DNA of 64,000 bases. Source: Octopus sinensis (taxonomy: Eukaryota). This document shows positions 62,761 to 64,000 of this stretch, one piece after another. The stretch covers positions 109,492,001 through 109,556,000 of the forward strand of contig NC_042999.1 in assembly GCF_006345805.1 (NCBI RefSeq). Direction: 5' to 3'. Numbering within the stretch: the stretch's first letter is position 1; each line of letters opens with the position of its first letter. The notes below the pieces were generated by a model, which saw only the letters and a list, made by a program, of their open reading frames with translations, had not been told where the DNA came from and did no database searches. Made by a program: the position numbers and the translations under genes.

Positions 62761-64000
62761 GAGCACCAGGTCATATCAGATGGGAAACTTACAATCTTTT
62801 TTAATATTCACTTATTTCTTTATGTGTGATGACGCCATTATGTCACATCAAAAATTTTGATAATTATTATATGAACATTTTTATTGAAATGTTTTAATTA
62901 CATTTTTAATTTAAAATATAAAATTTTAAAAATGCCTTATAAGATATATTTTTCCTTTTTTAAAAGACTATTTAGAAGACAATTTTTATTGTAACATTTT
63001 CATTATATTTTCTTCCAAGTATTTATTTATCTATGTAAATATAATTTCATCATTATGTTACTTGTTTATTGTGTTACTCTAGTGACAGCAGAAGTAGTGA
63101 CATGGTCATGAATGAATGTACACTTGCAATAGAAGTCAGGTAGGAAAATGTTTAAAAAAAATTTACACAATTTCAACTGTTACTTCTTCCAATTATCTCC
63201 CTTCCCTTGGACAATAGCTTGCTTTACTTGTGAGATATTTCTATCCATACAATCACTTCAAAGTCATTTTATCCTTGATATAGTCAAAAATTTCAAAATA
63301 ACATCCAGATATATTCTGAGTCAGTCTTTCCTATAGAATGTTGATTTTCATAATGTTCTTCAGTAACAAGTTTTTGCTAATGTTTTATGATCAAGCAGAA
63401 AAACAAATGTTTTACATGTTACTATATTATTGTCACGGTCTTACACCAGACCTGACCAAGTAAATCCAGGATCAAAGGTATCCCAACTGGGACCATCCTG
63501 TTTTTAATTTGTAGGGTCTCTAGGACTACAATATCTAATGTGTCCAACCCTTTTTAAGATGTTATGCTGTAATTTGAGATACATTAAGTTGCTATTTTTA
63601 GCAGGCTAGTGACAACACAATGTGTTCGTTGTTGGCTCAATAGAAATAGACGATCATTTGTGTTGTTGTTAAACTTGAGGTGCAATATTAAATCAAGGGT
63701 ATTCACAGCTGTTGTGAAGGAAAGACAGTTAAGGCCGTATAAACTGAATAGATGATATCTGCTGTGTGGAGAAAGTTTCATGGGTTGGTAATGGAGAATA
63801 TTTGTAGTAAAGATAATACAATGAAGACTGAGATAACAGAGCCTCACAAATTCTTGATAATTCTATGATTGAGATGAACAGAGAAACACTGAATTGCACA
63901 CCTGTCCAACCCGCGTCACTATAAAAAGACCTGATGAGATTGTTATAGCATTGCATTCTGCTTTTGAATAAAACAAATTGTTGTACCTCTTTAGTTCATT

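Overview
This is AT-rich, microsatellite-dense eukaryotic genomic DNA. The SINE, RTE, CR1 and Penelope families and the compound (TA)/(TG)/(TATC)/(CAT) repeats look like coleoid cephalopod, probably Octopus; that assignment is my recognition, not a database result. I could not identify a host protein-coding gene, so the window is probably intronic or intergenic. Nearly all ORF-track entries are microsatellite read-through or antisense frames of retroelements. Retroelements supported by the sequence are: a 5'-truncated Penelope-like element (RT plus GIY-YIG, frameshifted); two CR1-like LINE 3' halves, one with an uninterrupted 473-aa RT frame started by an ATG in the upstream SINE; about a dozen RTE LINE pieces, the longest at 54.8-57.8 kb and 30.7-32.9 kb; and several tRNA-derived SINE families. 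DNA elements are two hAT MITEs with 8-bp TSDs, a mariner MITE, a decayed mariner transposase and a non-autonomous Helitron. The most interesting signal is a set of minimal type I hammerhead-ribozyme folds, read by eye, in at least five unrelated Penelope-like or retrozyme-like elements (3.2, 44.7, 49.3, 53.3/53.8 and 58.0/58.9 kb, plus a relic at 39.2 kb). One has an intact core with an extended helix II, and one has a compensatory U3-A8 core inside a 217-bp foldback. None has been tested for cleavage.
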